A stretch of 64,000 nt of DNA. It comes from Chrysomallon squamiferum. Lineage: Eukaryota; Animalia; Mollusca. Location: positions 744,001 through 808,000 of the forward strand of contig CM022673.1 in assembly GCA_012295275.1 (NCBI GenBank), in the 5' to 3' direction. The notes under the pieces were generated by a model. The model was given only the letters and a program-made list of their open reading frames with translations, was not told the origin of the DNA and did no database searches. The position numbers and the translations under genes are program-made. Shown here in pieces: positions 1 through 30,244 of the stretch; within the stretch, counting starts at the first letter, position 1; every line of letters begins with the position of its first letter.

Positions 1-3000
1 TTATATTTTTGGCTGTTGTTATTTTGTCCGTTTGGTCCTTTAACCGTATATTATACGACAACGTACAAACGTAGATCAAAAATGCGTCGTTCAGAGAAAT
101 ATTTGTTTATTATTTTCCTCGACAGTCACTGAACTTAAACTGACCTCTGCCACGACACGCAGCTAAAAGCTCCACACATCTCCCTGCTCATTTCTCGCTT
201 GTCCATCACCGCCATCTTCCGCCTGAACGTTTCATTCACAGTTCTAACGACTACCTGCTTCCCAAGTTCACTGCCCTTACAAGGTAAACGAACTTACGCC
301 GGAGGCACGGGAAGAGACGGAAAGGTGAAATGAACTCGTGTTTTAAAGTCGTTTATTAGGTAACGACCCGACGTATTCTTTTCTCACACAGAGAGAGATG
401 AACCGACATCAGAATTAGAATCCAGTCTTTGTTCATTTGACCGTGAAAATGGTCTGCTGGGATGACACGTCGGGCGCATTTGCGCTCAGCGCTTGATGTC
501 CACTGGAAACGTTTCTGTAGTTTAAATGTGCTGAATGGTCGATTGTGTCAGTGCAGTGAAACGTACAGCCCAGGTCAGGAGAGAAAGAGAAATTCAGTTT
601 ACTGTGAACCTCAGCGCGCTTGTGAATCTTTACGTAATAAGTGATAACCAGTAATAAACTGTCACTGTTTGCTTACATTATCTAAAAGGCGATAATCAGA
701 CACGCTCACACACATACACACGCACATGTGTACACGCTCGCACGCACGCAAACACATTGAGACATACATACGTATCCAAACACATATATATTCACTGTTT
801 AAACAATGTTTAAAATTAAAAACAGATTTGCATCCATGTATATCGTATTTTTTTCTAAGCTAATATTTATAAACATACAGTGCGGACTCGTCTTAATAAA
901 ATAATTTATAATTTTAAAATGGTAGGTGCTTGGTATCTGTACTGTTTGTCAGAGCCATCACCAGTTGTGTCTTATTCGTCAAATTACATTTCTCTTCTAT
1001 TACTGCTGCTGCTACTGTCACTAATTCTATTTCTACCTCTACTGCTACTGCTACTACTGCTGTTGCTACTACTGCTGCTGCCACTACTGCTATTGTTGCT
1101 ACCACAGCAACGTCTACCACTGTTACTAATATTAAAAGATAGCTACTACAACTATTGCAACTGCAGCTATTATTACCACTACTAGTACTACTAGTATATG
1201 TGGTTCTATCGCTTCTGTTACTGACAGCTGTAACTAAACAGCTATATTAATCTAAAAACAACAACACTAACAACAACAAGAACAGCAATAATAAACTCCA
1301 CAATTATAATACACCGGAAAGTACAACGGCAACAACAACAACGACAACAACAAAAACTACAACTGGTGCGGAAATTTTCCAATTAGCAATTACAAGCAGT
1401 CATGCCAAAGATTTTATTCACAGGAAATTCTAATGAAAATTAAGGAGTTTCACAGTTCGGTTGCTAATTTACCCAATATTATCACCCACTGTGAAATTAG
1501 CCATCATATTAATATCATAGCAAACTCCTGGGAATGCCTTCCTCAGCATGCAAAGACGCTTTGTGATTTAAAATGTTGGACAGATCTGAGCTAATGTGAA
1601 TATAATGGGAATATAAATTTACTTGGTAAGAAAGAGCGAGATATCAATATCTGAACGACTGTGTCGTAATTACGTCAGTATGTTGTGCTCTGTTACGCGT
1701 TTTTCCCATTCCAACCAACATGTTGTGGCTGGTTCATTCGACGTGGTTTTGAGGCCAATGGGAAGGCTTGTAGAATAGAAATCTCTTGTAGATAATTCTT
1801 AAATGCTAAACAATCTTTCACGCGTTGGGACACTAGTAGAACACTAGTCGGCTCATTTTATGTAACCCTTCCCTAGTTCTTTTCTTTTTCTTTCTATCAT
1901 TATTGTTTTAAATTACAAAATACTTTGGATCTAGCATAATATTCGAACTAGAATCACGCATTTAAGATAGCTACTGTGAATGTTATAAATAATTCTTTTT
2001 GTAACAAGATTACATATCATCATACTTCCCCAACAGATACGCCTTATTTTATTTTTTTCAAAAGATATTTAAACCAATAAACTTTGATGTGAAAAGCATG
2101 AACTGAAGTAAAATAACAATAAAAGAATTAAGCGATTTTTAAAAAACAAAAATTTAAAGATGCAAATTAATTGTTTTAATTATCTACTCCACCCATTTAC
2201 AGCCTCGCTGGGAGATGGCTGTTTCTAAATGGTCAGAACATTAGCTGCAAAAAACTGATGCATTAATTTGCCTTTCAAGTCCCAGGAACTTGGGAGATAA
2301 ACCAGAAGCAATCCCTGTGTCAATATCGACAGCTTGTTCCATGTGCTACCTAAAATTCAGTACAACTTTTATGAAGAAAACGGTTAATCTTTACGTCTTC
2401 AGGCTGCCACGTTCTGTTATCAAACACAAAACCAGCAGCTGCTGTAATAAAATATATATATATCTCAAAAGCTTATTACTCGTTTTACACAGAATGCAAT
2501 AAAATGCTCCAACGAAAAGTCAACATCGATGGTTTTAAGTATGGCGGTTCGGGGATCTTATCCAAAACGAACTGTTTGTTTACAGCCAAATGAAGAAAGT
2601 TGGAAACCAACACACGCTGCCTTGCGGCGAGTATCTGTGGGTACTCAAACTTTCAGTTAATGTAAACATCTTTGAAACTGCCGATTGATTGATTTAATTA
2701 AAAGTTCTTCGTTTTACCATCGACTGTGTTTTTAGCAAGTACACTTCCTTCAGCTTAATAAATTAATCGACTGCTTGCTTTCATGTCGCACTTACGAGAG
2801 TAAGTGGAAGATCTGCTTCGACCATTATTCAACGGAAACCACGGAATGAAAAGAACATTCACACGAAAAGACAAAACGTATGCCATTCATTAATGTATGC
2901 CATTCATTAATTCCACGTCTGCGAGGTAAATATAAACGAATCCCTAAAAATTAAGGACAGACGACAGGATATTGCTTTAATCCCTTTTTCGTTTACATTC

Positions 3001-4133
3001 TCTTTTCATACTCGATTTATTGGCTTCGTATTAGTTCCTTGAACACGCAGCTCGAGGAAACAGCAAACTAAGAAGAGGAAATATAGATTGGCAGAAATTA
3101 AATGTCGTACAGCATTGGCTTAGTCAAGAGAATTAGAAAAATAAAGTGTTATAATTTTTAAGTAATCTAGACAAATACTGTCGCCATTTATGTAATAACA
3201 ATAACAATAATACTAACAACGACGTCAACAATTACATTACCACCTCCATCACCACCAACAACGGTGACAGTATCAAGAATATTAATGAAATCACTGTAAA
3301 ACCCAGGCAATACCAAAACCTACGTGGGTTTAATCAGTTCATGGTGGTTAATTACTCTGTTTAATTTGCGAAAACATCCTTAAGAGCCGCAAACACAACA
3401 TTAAAGACTACACCTACGTTTGTAGTTGTGAAAATAAAATATTAAAAGTGTTGCCCCCGCTGTTCAACGCGAATGTATTTAATTAAGTAAACTGTCTTGG
3501 TTTCAGATCACACGTACGTGACAATGCTGTCGCTGTCGTTCGGACAACGTCAGCAAAACACTAAAACATGACCTCATCAAGTATTTGACGTCTTCACGCT
3601 GACACCTACAGCTACAGCATCAAAAGGAAATGCGTGCAAGGAAGTTGTTACGCCACGTGGACTAAAATTAATTCCTTTAGAATCTTGATTTTTTGTTTTG
3701 GACGGGTGTGAAAGTTTATCGATGTTTGTGTAAGTACGTCCCTCAACATTCTATTACAGAGACATTGTTTTGTTCACCGATAAAATTCTGTTTAATTCAA
3801 GTGTTTTACTGTAATCAAATTCCTGCCTGAGAACTTTTTTATTTTTTTATTATTTTTTTTTTCATACAGACGAAGCCAGAGGGTGAAGTTAACGAAATTA
3901 TTTCGATGTAACTTTTCTTTACAGAAAATCTGTTTGCGAGGGTTTATGGAACCTTAGAAAGTGGCTAAACTTGTGGAGCGTTCTGCTGATAAATATTTAG
4001 GTAGACACAACAGTTAAATGTTATTAAAGGTACGAGAATAGCTAATAGTTGTTTTGTTATCTAAGCAGATATGCTTAGAACAAAACTAACAACACAGGAT
4101 AAAGAAAGAGCATAAAAAAACAGTACAGCATAA

Positions 4134-4257
<124 letters not shown>

Positions 4258-4549
4258 GAAAGTAATGCCATGAGGAACTATATGAAACAGTGAAAAAATG
4301 TTACAACGTGAAATAATTAAAAAAAAAATAGATGAGCTGAAAACAGAAATGTGGTCTGGCTTCATTGCACCGCTTATCACTATAATTCCACCCAAAGATA
4401 AAGATACACCCACAAAGAAAAGTGATGCAAGATTCTGACATTAATTCTATCAAATTGTATCCCATCTTAACGAGAATATCCTTTGGATATTTTTCTACGA
4501 CAAGTAAAAAAAACCCCAGAATTTTCTATCATGTTTTGTAATAAAGACA

Positions 4550-4668
<119 letters not shown>

Positions 4669-4961
4669 TCCCTCAACCCGTTATATTGTTAAGAATTATT
4701 ATTATTATTCTTGTAATTGTTATTATTATTATTATTCTTGTAATTATTATTATTCTTGTAATTATTATTACGAAATCAATACAACACTGAACCAATAAAA
4801 GCTTCTTAATATTATGGACATCAGTTTTAATTTGGGAAAGTTAAGAGGAAAGAAAATAAAGCGAGAACAGGGTGAAGGTTTTCTAGTATGAAATATTCTT
4901 AAACGTTTCGTTCTCTCTTAAACCCACACACTCTGTCAACTGTGTATCACGAATACTGTAC

Positions 4962-19783
<14,822 letters not shown>

Positions 19784-19839
19784 ATCTGAATTCCGCGCCT
19801 CAAACTGACTATCACTGTGTGGACGGAATGTCTTCCTCT

Positions 19840-19925
19840 ATTGGCCGGTCGCACCAGGACAATATTTTATACACAAGAAGTTGTCAATCAGTGGAAAGTT
19901 ATCGATCCGCAGATTCATTCATTGG
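19840..19925 (-). promoter_or_regulatory. Candidate core promoter of the peptide precursor gene
   Basis: Minus-strand TATAAAA at 19871-19865 with CCAAT at 19925-19921 about 50 nt upstream, and a second CCAAT at 19844-19840. The TATA is about 80 nt upstream of the ATG, in a locally GC-richer, repeat-free segment. Confidence 0.45.
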
Positions 19926-20351
19926 CTCTCTACTCATAAAAGACTAGATGGGAGTTTTCACTACAATGCAACTTCAGTAAATCAGGGCCGTAGCCAGAAG
20001 TGTGAAAATAAGAGGGGCTCGTTGTCTTCAGCCGTCCGTAAGATTGTGTGGAAGATAGTTTCTCCGTTCCTGCGAATTTAGAACTTTTGGGTGTGTTGTT
20101 CTGGAGTCTGAGAATATAACGGTCACGCAGTAAATGTGTATGTTTGCTAGTATTACCAGTTGAACAGATGGGAATATATTGCTGTTATGTTGAAAACCTC
20201 CGCTGTATTTAAAATATCAAACTGAACACAAAAAAATCAGTTTGATAACAAAGAATCAGAATCTGAAAGCAAAATATATGTAATGTTCTAAAGAAACCAT
20301 ATATGAGACATTTAAAAAACAAAAACAAAGAACAACAACAACAACAACAAC

Positions 20352-20389
<38 letters not shown>

Positions 20390-22086
20390 AATAAATAAAT
20401 AAATATAATAAAAGTAAAAAATGTGAAGAGCATTGTTGAAAACATCTGATGTGGGAAATGATGTTTTATGAATTCACGTTAAATACTATAAATAGTATTA
20501 TTATTTATAAAGCAGTTACAATTTAAAATATTTAGAAATAAATAAATAAATGATATAAATCAACAACAACAACAGTAGTAATGATGATGATGATGATGAT
20601 GATAATAATAATAATAAAAAAGAGAATGAAATAAAATAAAAATTAAATTAAAATCAATCAATCAATCAATCATTCATTCTAAATTTCGAAATAATTAAAC
20701 ACGGTAAAAAAAAAAGTTTTTATTTTTCTATTTTTTTATCTGTCGGGTTTTTATTGTACACATATGAAGTCAGTTTCTTGAAACGACAGGTAAAGGCAAA
20801 AGTGTTATAAAATATTATAAAGAAATACAAACTGCATTATGGGATATCACTTCTCTTTTTTCTTTTCTTTGCCTCGTTCTACAACACTATGATCTTTATC
20901 TATTTCCTTCGTGGTCGATTGTACTTTCCATCTATTTCAGGTCGCTTGTGAATACAAATTAAGCTGACAAAACTTGCTCTCAGTTCAATAAGACGCACAG
21001 GTATTAATTGTAATTTAACAAAGCAGCAACAACAAGAACAAAAAACAAACAGCAGTTGGTATGTAAGGATTTTATTTCGATAATATATAAATCGTTTAAA
21101 ATTTCACTAAATATTTGTAATTTTAAACTAGCGATATTGCACGTATCGTCTGCTTCCTATAAATTTGAACTGAGTATATTGTCCATAACATCTTTTTCAC
21201 TTTAAACTTAAATTAGCATACCTTAAAACGTACTACACTTATTATATAAGTAAAAAAAAAAAAGGAACACTTATAATGCAATTATAGCATTGCATAAGAA
21301 TCTACATTTGTAAATTTAACGAAGAAAATATTTGTTTCCTTTTAAAGTGCCTCCCTAAAAACCAAGATACAAGTTTGCAATATACGCAGTGACGTCATAA
21401 TTTAAATTACAAAATGGCGGCGTTTATGTTTTCTAACAGTGTCATACATTTATGACGATATGTCGTCCAACATAAAATAAAATAATACGTGTTAAGTATC
21501 AATAAACTCTTTGGACCATTCATTTAAACCACCACAGGTTCACTTTAATTAATTGATTATATAGAAAGTTCTTCGACCAGCTGAAAATAGTGTCAGACAG
21601 GTAAATATTAAACGGTAATATCCACATAGATAAAAAGAAAAAAGAAAAAAAAAAAAAAAAAAAAAGAGAAATTAATATTCAGGCCCATTGTATCTTACAC
21701 AGTGTCATTATAACTCCATTTCCAGCGCATCTGATTGTTATTTCCTAGGATGGGCATTCTTGTCCAATCAATGCTTGTCATTAATTCATACACACTATTA
21801 ACCGACCTCATCCATATCTCTGCTCGTTCTAAATAATTGAAAACAATGTATGTTATATAAAGAGGAAAACAGTAGATATGCTCTAGATACTTCGCGCACA
21901 AAACAATGGGATGATTCCTCTCAGAGCAGGTAATGACGTTTCGTTGTGTTTGTGTTGACTGCGGTGTAACTGGTTTTACCACAGACTTGCAGATATGACA
22001 CATTAGCCTTTAGATATATGTATAAAACATTCACAACAACATTGTCAGTGCACTTACAGAGACAACTGTGTATGTGAGTGTGTATG

Positions 22087-22121
<35 letters not shown>

Positions 22122-23948
22122 ATTTATATGTCTGTGTATAAAGCATTACAATTTACCATTTCAGTAACTTGGTTAAAATAAAGTTTTGGTTCATACGATA
22201 CATTCCACCCACACCTCTTGAACTGTTTCTGACGACAGCTGTTTACATGTTTACATAACCCAGTCCTAATTTCTTTGGTTTTCTTAGATAATCCATTTAC
22301 TCAGTCCTTGTCATACCTTTATCCTAAAGCAATGTGCATTAAAATATACTGTTTCAAATATCATCAGATATGCTCTTTAAAATTCGAGTTCCTTAGGGAA
22401 GAACAGTTAGAAAAATGCGGTCGAAACTAATATCAGTGTTATAGACTCCCCAAAAAAAAAAAACAAGGAAGCAAGATAAGGTAATCTGATATTAAATTTA
22501 TATTACGAAATACCAACGACCCTGTATGTTTATCACTCTTTGGTTTTGTTTTCTTCTGTATTAGTATTACTGTGTCATTAAGTTATTTTCAAAACTGTCG
22601 TACTGTCTGTCTCTCTTTCTTTCTCTTTCTTTCTCTTTCTCCCTCTCTCTCTGCGCCTTTTCAGGGAGATAATACTAATAAACCTCCTGATAAAAATAAT
22701 ATTGAAGAATAATTCATTTAAGTCATTTAGCATAATTTGCCAAATGAGTACTTGTGTAAGAATTTTGCTGTATTTTTATTTTTTATTTTTTTTTAAACAT
22801 ATCCAGAAAACATGGGGCTTAAGCTTAAAGTTTTAGGAAAATAAACAAAATAAATCATTTTATAATCAAATAAAATTATTAAACGGAGCTCCTGATAATA
22901 CCTTTGTTTTAGATTCGAAGCTCTGCATTTTAAATATCATTATCGTTCCCTTTAAAAGTCGTACAGTGTTCCAGAAAGGGGACAATATCTCCCACTTTGA
23001 TGAGCAGTATTTCAAAGGAGTGTTAGTGTATATGTTTGTGACACAGCAGATAGGTTTCTTGGATCATCAATAAGAAATAAATTTACAAATTTATTTGTAC
23101 AAAGCAGCGCTTTGTTCATGTTAAGACCTTCATTAGATTCGATTTATTAGATTCGATTGCATAGCGGGCGTATAAACTACCAGCCCACGAATTCGTAAAT
23201 GACGCAAAGGAGATTTCATTACGACTAGTTCATTAAATGGAGGGTAAATCGAGATCTACATTTTAAAATTTTAATTTTTCAATCATTTATAAATGTACAG
23301 AACTGCATAAATAGTGTAAACCTCTTGTGGTCGCTGCTCGTTCTGAAGCTGCAAGTCAGTGACTGATTTATTAGTCTTCGTAATATCGAAGAATCTTGCA
23401 AGACTTCATTAAACGGTTCAGAAGTATCGTGTTTCGTAAAACCCAGTCTTGGACCTCCGTGAATATTTTACATAAAACGGAGCCAGGCTGTTATCACGAA
23501 ACACGATGCAGTAACGGTGTGACATACGTCACGAAATCTTTAAGATCGCGCAGATAACTAGACGATTGAAATTACAATAATGAATATTGGGTTAATTATG
23601 TAGAAAACACGTTTATTCTTCTTTATTTTTTTTTTTTTTTTATTTGTGTCTATCGAAGCTTTAAATGTCTTAGCTAAAAGAGATCCGTTTTAAGTTGAAA
23701 CGATTGTCCTAACGACTTACCGTTCGTTTGTTAATCTTCTTTATATTTATATTAATTACAGAGAATTGTCTCGTCTACAAGTGGCTAGTTTTGTAATAAT
23801 TGGAGTTGAAAAACGGTTGGATGGTTCCCAAATCGTTATGGTTGACAAAACTAAGCAAAAAAAAAAAAAAAAAAAAATAAAAATAAAATAAAATAAAAAG
23901 CGAAATAATAATAATCAATATATTAATAAATAATAATAATAATAATAA

Positions 23949-23998
<50 letters not shown>

Positions 23999-24922
23999 GA
24001 GGGTAATAATAACTTAAAATTAATATTACGTTCAGTCGGGTGACCATTTCTTGATAAATTTGTTGATTTCATAAGACAACTCGCAGTTAAAAATTATCAA
24101 AGAGAGAAACCCGACGAACGTCTTCCAGAGAGACAACCACAACGTGTTGGTGACGTCATCGATGTCCCTTTGAAAACGTAACGGAATCATTTACTTTTAT
24201 TTTTTCTTATTTTTAACTGTCTTTCTTTTTTTTTATTCTACAGTTAATAAAGTCATATTATCACAGCTAAAATTTACAGAATTCACAACCTGATTTGAGT
24301 AATAATTGCATAAATATTACATGAATAACTACATAAATATTACATAACTAGCTGTAGGCTTTTGATGTTTATTACGTCAATTTTCCACTTCATCTGTAAA
24401 TGAGTTTGATAAAACGATATTAACAAAACGTTATTTCTTAAGTAGTTTCAGAAATGACTGCTTCAAAAGAACGTTAGTCTGCTTAAAAAGTAAACCTGTT
24501 AATCTTTCGGTATCTCAAAAGACATAATCCGTTCTTACAGCGAAGCGCTAGGAATATATAAAATGTGTATCTTCATTTTTATCATTATGCTTATTTTAAG
24601 ATGTAATTTACGGTAATCCAAACAGCTTAAGCATAATATTTATTTCATATTTTTCCAAGTGACTGTTTTATTTGTTTCTAAAATCCAACGTATGGAAGTA
24701 GTAAAGTAAAATAATAATAATAAAAAGATACAATAAATCTATTTTTCTTTTTCATGTTCATATATATTTGTTTTTCTTTCATTTTGTGTGTAAAAGGAAT
24801 ATCTGAAAAAGGCATCATTCAATAAATTTAGGTAGGTTTGTTAAAATTCCTGCCGTATTTAACTTAAAACGAATATTAACCTGTTGAAAAAAAAAATTAT
24901 TTTATTTATTTATTTACGTATT

Positions 24923-24967
<45 letters not shown>

Positions 24968-25049
24968 TATTATTATTATTATTATTACTATAACTACCTG
25001 TATATAACTATTGTTATAACAAGAGAGAGACAGCTCCATATATATATGG

Positions 25050-25102
<53 letters not shown>

Positions 25103-25524
25103 CACTATGTGATATAGTCATTAATTCATTTAAAGCTGTATTGCACGTGAACAAAATGAACGTTTAAGACAAAATTCTACCTTCCACCCGAACACAGACG
25201 ACTGTATACACCTGTGCGTACTGTTTACAAACCTTTGTGGTCTCGTACCGTTAATTACCAGCAACAAGACACGTGTAACAATCAATTAGTCGCAGGTAAA
25301 GCGTTATTTAAAGTAATCAGTTTCTGCTTCCCCACACATCTGGCAACACCTTTCACGTTCCATTATTGTCCACGTGTGAAAATATACGTTGTGTTTGACG
25401 TTAAGCAATCTCTAACTTAATTAAGGTTCTCGAGTGTCGTTAATTAATCATCTTTCAAGCCTTTTTTATATATATATATATATATATATGTGTTTACTGT
25501 TTGTTGTTGGATAAACGGGTTATC

Positions 25525-25609
<85 letters not shown>

Positions 25610-25842
25610 ATAATGAATTAAGAAATAATAACAATTTAAAACAATGTATAGCAATGAACACGAAAGTGAAAGTTTTATCTCCTTTCGTCCAGGCAATAAC
25701 CTGCAGAAGTTAATTACCTGAACAGTATTTCACGAGGAGAGATGAATTAACTTGCAAACATGACGTATCAGAAACGAGTTGTTTTATTAACATTCACAAT
25801 AACGTTATGGTTCCTCGAATCTGTGAAGCGATGTTTAACAAA

Positions 25843-26136
25843 CAGACTGACAATTCTTTATCCGAAGTGCTTTGGATTTCGGAATTTTACGGATTTTGGA
25901 CAATAAAGAGATAGCATGAGAATAGAATCTACGTCTAAATATGAATTACATTTATTTTTCATATACAGCTTACACAGATAATCTGCATTATTTTTTAAAT
26001 AACATTTTTTATAATTTTGTGTATAAAAGGCGGTTTATATATAGCAAAAAAGTCCAGTAACTGTAAGATATTATTATTTCTGCTGCTCGGAAAAAGTTTC
26101 GGATTTCGCAATTCCGGATAAGGGATCCTAAAAATG
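25843..26136. mobile_element. Tc1/mariner-pogo (Tigger4/Zombi-like) MITE
   Basis: Degenerate inverted ends (ctttatccgaa ... ttccggataaggg), repeated subterminal TTTCGGATTT motifs and a right end followed by TA. The internal gtctaaatatgaattacatttatttttcatatacag resembles the Tigger4a/MER46 consensus as recalled. Confidence 0.6.
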
Positions 26137-26605
26137 TATTAATATTTAACTGAATTTAAATTAATTTCGTGTCCTTTGGTTTGACTTAAATGAAACTTAA
26201 GAAATTTATATATTTAAAAATGTATTATATTGGCTCTAGATATACGTATGTAAGTAAATCGTACGTATTTGTGGTGTGACGTGCATATCTGTGTATAAAT
26301 ATATGAATGTTTTAAACCTAAAATATAATCTGTCTGGTTGCGACTAGCAATTTCTGACTTAGGGTGTGTATTTAAATTATTAATATATCTTTATTTTTAT
26401 ACAGTAAATACCAAAACAAAATATATGTACTCAACATTTATATATATATTTTATAAGTATTAAAACTTTTGTTTTCATTATTTTATTTTATTTTATTTTA
26501 TTTAAACGTTTATTTCGAATTTTCCACTCTGTTATTTGAATCCCATAACGATGCAAGTTTCTATTTATGTATATATTTTATATATGTCTGTACATGCATG
26601 CATAC

Positions 26606-26714
<109 letters not shown>

Positions 26715-27711
26715 ATCTCTACATTATCTAGTTTTGCAGTACGTATTAATTTACCTCATGTCAAAACGAAATGAAGCTATTAATATTTCATAATCAAGGC
26801 TTTCAAAAGCTATATCGAACTGAATTCGAATATATAATCTAAATGCATTCTCAAACATGTGCTATAGCCGTGTATATAAATATATTGTTTATTATTAATA
26901 TGTTATATTCTTTTTCCCTTTGGACATACGCACAGAGAGGCCAGATTATCAATTATTGATCACATGGTTTGATGACTCGATGAATGGCGTACGGAAAAAA
27001 AGCCCCAAAGAGTACGAAACACACCTTTGTTTCTTTACTTTAGTTCTTTGATTCAAAGCTTTTTTTTTATTATTATTATTATCATTTTTTTTTTTTTTTA
27101 CATTCATGTTTGCTTTCTCTTTCTGATTTGTCTGCTGAGTGCATTTATTTTACCATACATTATTTTGTGTTTGTTTTATTATGTATTATAACCTATATAC
27201 GTGTAAATGTATATGTTTGACTGATTGTCTGTCTGTCTATTAAGTCACCGTCCATTTGTATGTCCGTTCGTCCGTCCACCTGTATACCTGTCAATCCGTG
27301 CGTCTAGCAGCCTGTGTATCTGTCTGTGTTGTTAATAATTATAATAAAAAAAAAAAAAAAAAAAAAAAAAAATATCTTTCAGATTTTTCATGGAATGGAA
27401 GCACATTTCGAACGACATAATTTAGACTAATTCGCCTTAACGTACTGTATTTTTCTAAGTAAATAAATGTAAAAATAAAATATATATATAATCCAAGATA
27501 TAACCTATTTTCTCACTTTTCTTAATCAGGTATGCAGGAAGCGATTAGAGACAGCATTTCTTACAAGAAGGTGGTTACATTGTGAAGAAGAGTAATCAAA
27601 CGAGACATTTCTGCGGGCAGTCTAATTAATATGCACCAGCACGTTTGTGGCTTAACTCTATCCCGTTATCATTTCTCTTATTGAATATACATATACATGT
27701 TTGTGTGTACG

Positions 27712-27743
<32 letters not shown>

Positions 27744-30244
27744 TGTATGTATGCATGTATGTATGTATGTATGTTTTTAAAAGCATGTACGACTGTATTT
27801 TTAAATGTTTGTATGTATATGTATATGCATTTATGTATGTGTGTGTGTGTGTTTATTCCACTGAAAGATAGGTTCACTGAATACAGTACTATTTAAATAT
27901 TACTTCAGCAACAGCATTAACGGACGAAGAATACAGACACATATAAATAATTTGAAAACAGACTAAAAAAACCTAACGATACAAAACAATACATAACAAA
28001 GTGGAAAAAAAACAACAACAAAAAAAAAACCAGTCAGAAAAACATAGGAACAAATAACAGTTGTCACATAAAGCAGTATAAATGGTATTGATAAAAATGG
28101 TTAGTTCTGATGCACACAGACAATTTAAACATGCATAAACAGCGAGTGAGCAATCAATAAAAGTTCATTAATTTTGCTGCAATACACCTTGGGTTAAGTT
28201 AGCTACGAGTGACGTACAATTTGTCAATGACGTGCACGGAGTGGGTGTCATAGAACTGTATGCAGTGACATTTATTTCATATTATTTAGAAGAGAAAAAA
28301 ACTAAACTTTACTGCAATAAAATCAGTCGAGTTTGGAAAACACAGAGAAGTAAAAGAACTTTTATGACAATCAGATAAGACGACATATCTGAAAATTAAA
28401 ACTTTACATCAATAGAATTAGAAGAGATTGCATAACACGAAGAAAAAGTGAAACTTTAAGACATTGAAATAGACAGAGATTGCAAAATACGAAGAATAAG
28501 AAAAAGAAAAACTGTATAGCTGCGAAATTGAGTAGAGATCGTTAAACATAAAGACAAAAAAAAAGAGAAGAAAAACCCACACATGACCAAAAAAAAAAAA
28601 AGAAGATACAGAACACAAATAAAACTTTAGGACAACAAAGAATGTAGAAATTGGTATATGAAAAAAAATTCAAAAAGTGAAAATTTTTTGGACAGAAATT
28701 AAGAAAAACAATAATTTGCTATAGTATGTTATATGCTGTAAAATAAAGATCAACAAAAAAGAAGACAAAAGACTAAACAGACGACGAAGTTCACTAAGAA
28801 GAAGAACGTTATTCATATAAAATGAATTGATCTGACGCATAGGGGAAAAAAAATATATATACATAAATAAATAATTTCTTTCTTATGTGCTTGACTGTTG
28901 TGATTTTTTTTTTCATTATTTTATTATATTTTATTTTATTTTAATATCTTTTATTTTTTTTATATTTTTTTAGTATTATTATTGAAAAGAAATGTATTTT
29001 TTTTATACAGGCTTAACACTCAGAAATCATAACCAATCCTTTTTAAATGTAAGATCTGTTTATAATGAAGTTTCACTCAAGCACGCTTGTACTGGACTTT
29101 ATATTCAAATAGGTGGCTTACGATAAAGATGGTATTATCTAACTTTGATCTCACGTTAATGATTAACATTACAACAGTTACAAAAGAATTTGCCGACACT
29201 AAATCTTCTCTATAATTAATGTAACTGCTGTTACGTTATTAACTTGGCTTGCTTATATAGCAATATTAATAAGATTACAATAGTAAGATATCTCAGACCT
29301 CGATACCTGACTAGAAACGTTAAAAACTCGGTCATGAAACAGTGACTGTATTCTATCGGGTTTGGTTTTAACTAAATGTGGGTCTATACAGTGAAAGATA
29401 ACTAGACACGTCTCTAATTTTCAAACTTCTCTTCATGTTTCTGAAACCCGTCTGCTCTGGTGCGTTCAGTGACACGATCAGTGACGGCATCGTAAAGTAA
29501 GCCAGGTAGATTTCTCTCACACAGTAAGTTGTTGTTTTTTCCCCACTGATACCAGGCAAAACAGCTTCGTCCGATAAGTAGCAGTTGTACTTTGAGCATC
29601 GAGGCGAAAGATTTTATGTGTTCGTCGACTCGAGCTAAGCGTCAGGACTTTCTCGTTTAACAGTTTTGTACCATTTACACGCTAATCGTGTTTTACGAAA
29701 ATGGCCTTATTTTAACGGCCAAACAGGCTCGTGGTAAACGATCAGTGAAAACAAAGTAAAATCCTCAGTCTTCAGTGGGGGAATTTTATTGTCTGTATCG
29801 TTTGAGCTGTCTACAACTTCTTGTAGTCTTAATCAGTCCTTATTCTTACCTTCTTTTAAAAAACACCTTTCTTGAAATATTCTTAAAGAACGAAATTCGT
29901 GTTTGTTTTTATTATTTTAGAAGCTGTAACATACACAGATATGCTTTATCTGTCTATATCTTTATGTTCGTCTCCCTCTCTTTATCTCTCTGTCACTCTG
30001 TCTTTCTCTAAGTGTAGAGTACACGACCACTCCTTGGTGTGTGATGTGATACATTCATGTACGCTTCTAGTTAGAAAAAAAGAAAAGGAAAAAAAAAAGA
30101 AAGAAAGTGAGGTAAATAAATAAATAAAATAACTTATTTTGCACAACACGTTTCCAAACTCACTTATTTAAAATAGTCAACTGCCACTGTCAGAAATGAC
30201 ATACGATTTTCTCTTTGATATTACGCAGTTTGGCCGAGTTAACT

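Noticed and set aside
309-323. GKRRK-encoding stretch as the missing amidation/cleavage exon of the peptide precursor
   Set aside because: It is on the plus strand (the gene is minus) and has no acceptor. No minus-strand acceptor giving Gly plus a dibasic site was found in 1-4960.
21699-21828. Minus-strand AG...GTAAGA-bounded segment (ERAEIWMRSVNSV...)
   Set aside because: No recognisable protein and no partner exons. It could be a 5'UTR exon or enhancer but is unsupported.
29368-29599. Two overlapping minus-strand ORFs of ordinary composition
   Set aside because: No ATG-initiated domain or consistent splice partners, and no family recognised.
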